A stretch of DNA of 64,000 nt from the NCBI GenBank assembly GCA_016795425.1, contig JAEUHG010000005.1, positions 29,083 to 93,082 of the forward strand, written 5' to 3'. Shown here piece by piece: positions 62,233-64,000 of the stretch (positions are counted from its first letter, which is position 1; each line of letters starts with the position of its first letter). Source of the DNA: Verrucomicrobiales bacterium (GTDB lineage Bacteria > Verrucomicrobiota > Verrucomicrobiia > Limisphaerales > CAIMTB01). The notes below the pieces were generated by a model. The model did no database searches and was not told the origin of the DNA. It saw only the letters and a program-made list of their open reading frames with translations. Position numbers and translations under genes: made by a program.

Positions 62233-64000
62233 ATGAATTGCACCCGCTGTGGAGCGCTGTTGTCGGGCGACCGGGGTATCGAGGGATTCTGTCCCCGGTG
62301 CGTCGCGGAGATGGCGTTTGGCGGGTGCCTGAACGGGGTGGCATTGGGGGAGGCGAAGAGTCAGGCCGCCGCAACGCCGGAGCAGGCGATGTTTGCCGGC
62401 TTCGAGATCCTGGATGAGATCGGGCGGGGCGGGAGCGGGACGGTGTACCGGGCGAGGCAATCGCGACTGAATCGGGAAGTGGCGTTGAAGGTCCTGCACG
62501 AGGGACCCTGGTCTCGTCCCGATGTGCGCGAGCGATTCCGCCGCGAAGCCAAGGCGACGGCGGCATTGCGTCATCCGAATGTCGTCACCGTTTACGAGGC
62601 CGGTGATCAAGACGGACACGCCTATCTCGCGATGGAATTGGTCCAGGGCCGGAGCCTGGCGGAGTTGACGCGGGATGGCCCATTGCCGCCGGAACGCGCG
62701 GCGCGGTACGCGCTCGGGGTGGCCGACGGCGTGTCAGCGGCCCACGCGCGTGGCATTCTGCATCGCGATTTGAAACCCGCGAATGTGTTGATCGATGGAG
62801 GCGATCAGGCGCGGGTGGCGGATTTCGGGTTGGCCAAGACCATCGATCCGGGTTTGGAGGCGAACCGCGGCGTGCCGGGGGCGGCGGAGTCGGAACAAGA
62901 ATTCACCGCGCCGGGACAGGTTTTGGGATCACCCGGGTACATGCCGCCGGAGCAGGCCGATCCGGCCCGTGGCACCATGACTTTTGCCAGCGATGTTTAT
63001 TCGCTGGGAGCGCTTCTCTATCATTTGTTGACCGGCCGACCTCCCTTTGCCGGCCCCACGGTCGCGGCAACGCTGGCCCAGGTTCTCCACGACGAACCCG
63101 CATCGCCGCGACGGGTGAACTCCGGGGTGCCGCGGGATCTGGAGACGATCTGTCTGCATTGCCTTCAGAAGGAACCCGAACGGCGCTACACCACGCTGGG
63201 GGACGTCGCGGCGGACCTTTCGGCGTTTCTTCAGCACCGTCCGATCCGGGCGCGTCCGATTTCCATCGTTGAACGGTGCGTGTTGTGGTGCCGGCGGCGA
63301 CCGCGCCTCGCGGGTTTGGCAGGGATCATCCTCGTGGCGACCTTTTTGGGAACCGGTGCTTTCCTGAGGCAGGTGGCCGAGAATCGTCGGAACCTCTACG
63401 CCGCTGATCTGCGATTGGCGTCGCTGGCCGTGGAGGAAGGAGACTTTGGCCGTACCCGGTCCTTGTTGGCATTGCACCATCCACGCACCGGAGTGGCGAC
63501 GGCAGATTTTCTTTGGCGTCACTTGAATCGGGTGAGCCAGGGGGACACGCGCCAGATTCTTGGGGAGCATCCGTGGATCGTGAATAGCGTGGCTTGGTCA
63601 CCGGACGGTTCGCACTTGGCCAGCGGAAATGTGGGATCCGGCACCGTGGCCGCCGACACTCGGATTTGGGACCTGCGTGCCGATCCACCATTGATGCGCG
63701 TTCTGATCGCGCGGGGAGCGCGTCAATTGGCCTGGTTCCCAGATGGCCGTCGATTGATGGTGGCCCATCCCGAGGGTGATGTTGGGATCTACGATAGCCT
63801 CGACGGTGTTCGAAAGGCCACCTTCCGAGGCCTGAGTGCCGCGCTCTCCGAAGACGGCCGTCGATTGCTGACCTGTGAGGGAGATCGTTGGAGTTGGGAA
63901 CCGGGCGGCGCTCCGGGATCCGTCCTGCTGCATGATCTGGAGTCGGGAGACTCCACGGAATTAGGGGCGGCCCGGTGGGCGACGATGTCGGCCGATGCCA
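62233..64000 (+). CDS. Hanks-type Ser/Thr protein kinase with N-terminal Cys cluster and C-terminal WD40 repeats (runs off the window edge)
   Basis: Manual translation from ATG 62233: MNCTRCG..FCPRC, IGRGGSGTVY, VALK, HRDLKPANVL, DFG, GSPGYMPPEQ, DVYSLG, TM helix, then WD40 (VNSVAWSPDG, TRIWD). Confidence 0.93.
   Translation, partial: MNCTRCGALLSGDRGIEGFCPRCVAEMAFGGCLNGVALGEAKSQAAATPEQAMFAGFEILDEIGRGGSGTVYRARQSRLNREVALKVLHEGPWSRPDVRERFRREAKATAALRHPNVVTVYEAGDQDGHAYLAMELVQGRSLAELTRDGPLPPERAARYALGVADGVSAAHARGILHRDLKPANVLIDGGDQARVADFGLAKTIDPGLEANRGVPGAAESEQEFTAPGQVLGSPGYMPPEQADPARGTMTFASDVYSLGALLYHLLTGRPPFAGPTVAATLAQVLHDEPASPRRVNSGVPRDLETICLHCLQKEPERRYTTLGDVAADLSAFLQHRPIRARPISIVERCVLWCRRRPRLAGLAGIILVATFLGTGAFLRQVAENRRNLYAADLRLASLAVEEGDFGRTRSLLALHHPRTGVATADFLWRHLNRVSQGDTRQILGEHPWIVNSVAWSPDGSHLASGNVGSGTVAADTRIWDLRADPPLMRVLIARGARQLAWFPDGRRLMVAHPEGDVGIYDSLDGVRKATFRGLSAALSEDGRRLLTCEGDRWSWEPGGAPGSVLLHDLESGDSTELGAARWATMSADA

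Overview
High-GC, gene-dense bacterial chromosomal segment, mostly core/housekeeping genes. The gene content suggests Verrucomicrobiota (Pedosphaera/Limisphaera-like) or another PVC lineage; this is an inference from the DUF1592/DUF1552 pair, the ECF sigma/Ser-Thr kinase pair, the short ATP synthase delta and TMEM14. The window holds partial purL, era, a GH29 fucosidase, selAB, a MASE1-PAS hybrid kinase, htrA, a split pta, hisC, nth, kamA, a complete atpBEFHAGDC operon, a moxR-Bat cluster, a metacaspase, a LytS-type kinase and an ECF/Ser-Thr kinase pair. Best leads: (1) a plasticity spot at 30.5-34.1 kb, with an HUH (RAYT-type) transposase bounded by 27/29 bp inverted repeats, an apparently truncated neighbour gene and a kelch-gene remnant; (2) a perfect Rex-type operator upstream of the atp operon; (3) a candidate structured ncRNA between htrA and pta; (4) selAB co-transcribed with two unknown membrane proteins; (5) repeated signatures of leaderless transcription. 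I found no tRNA, rRNA or CRISPR array, and I cannot claim a clearly novel multi-gene system. All calls come from motif recognition by eye; no database searches were run.
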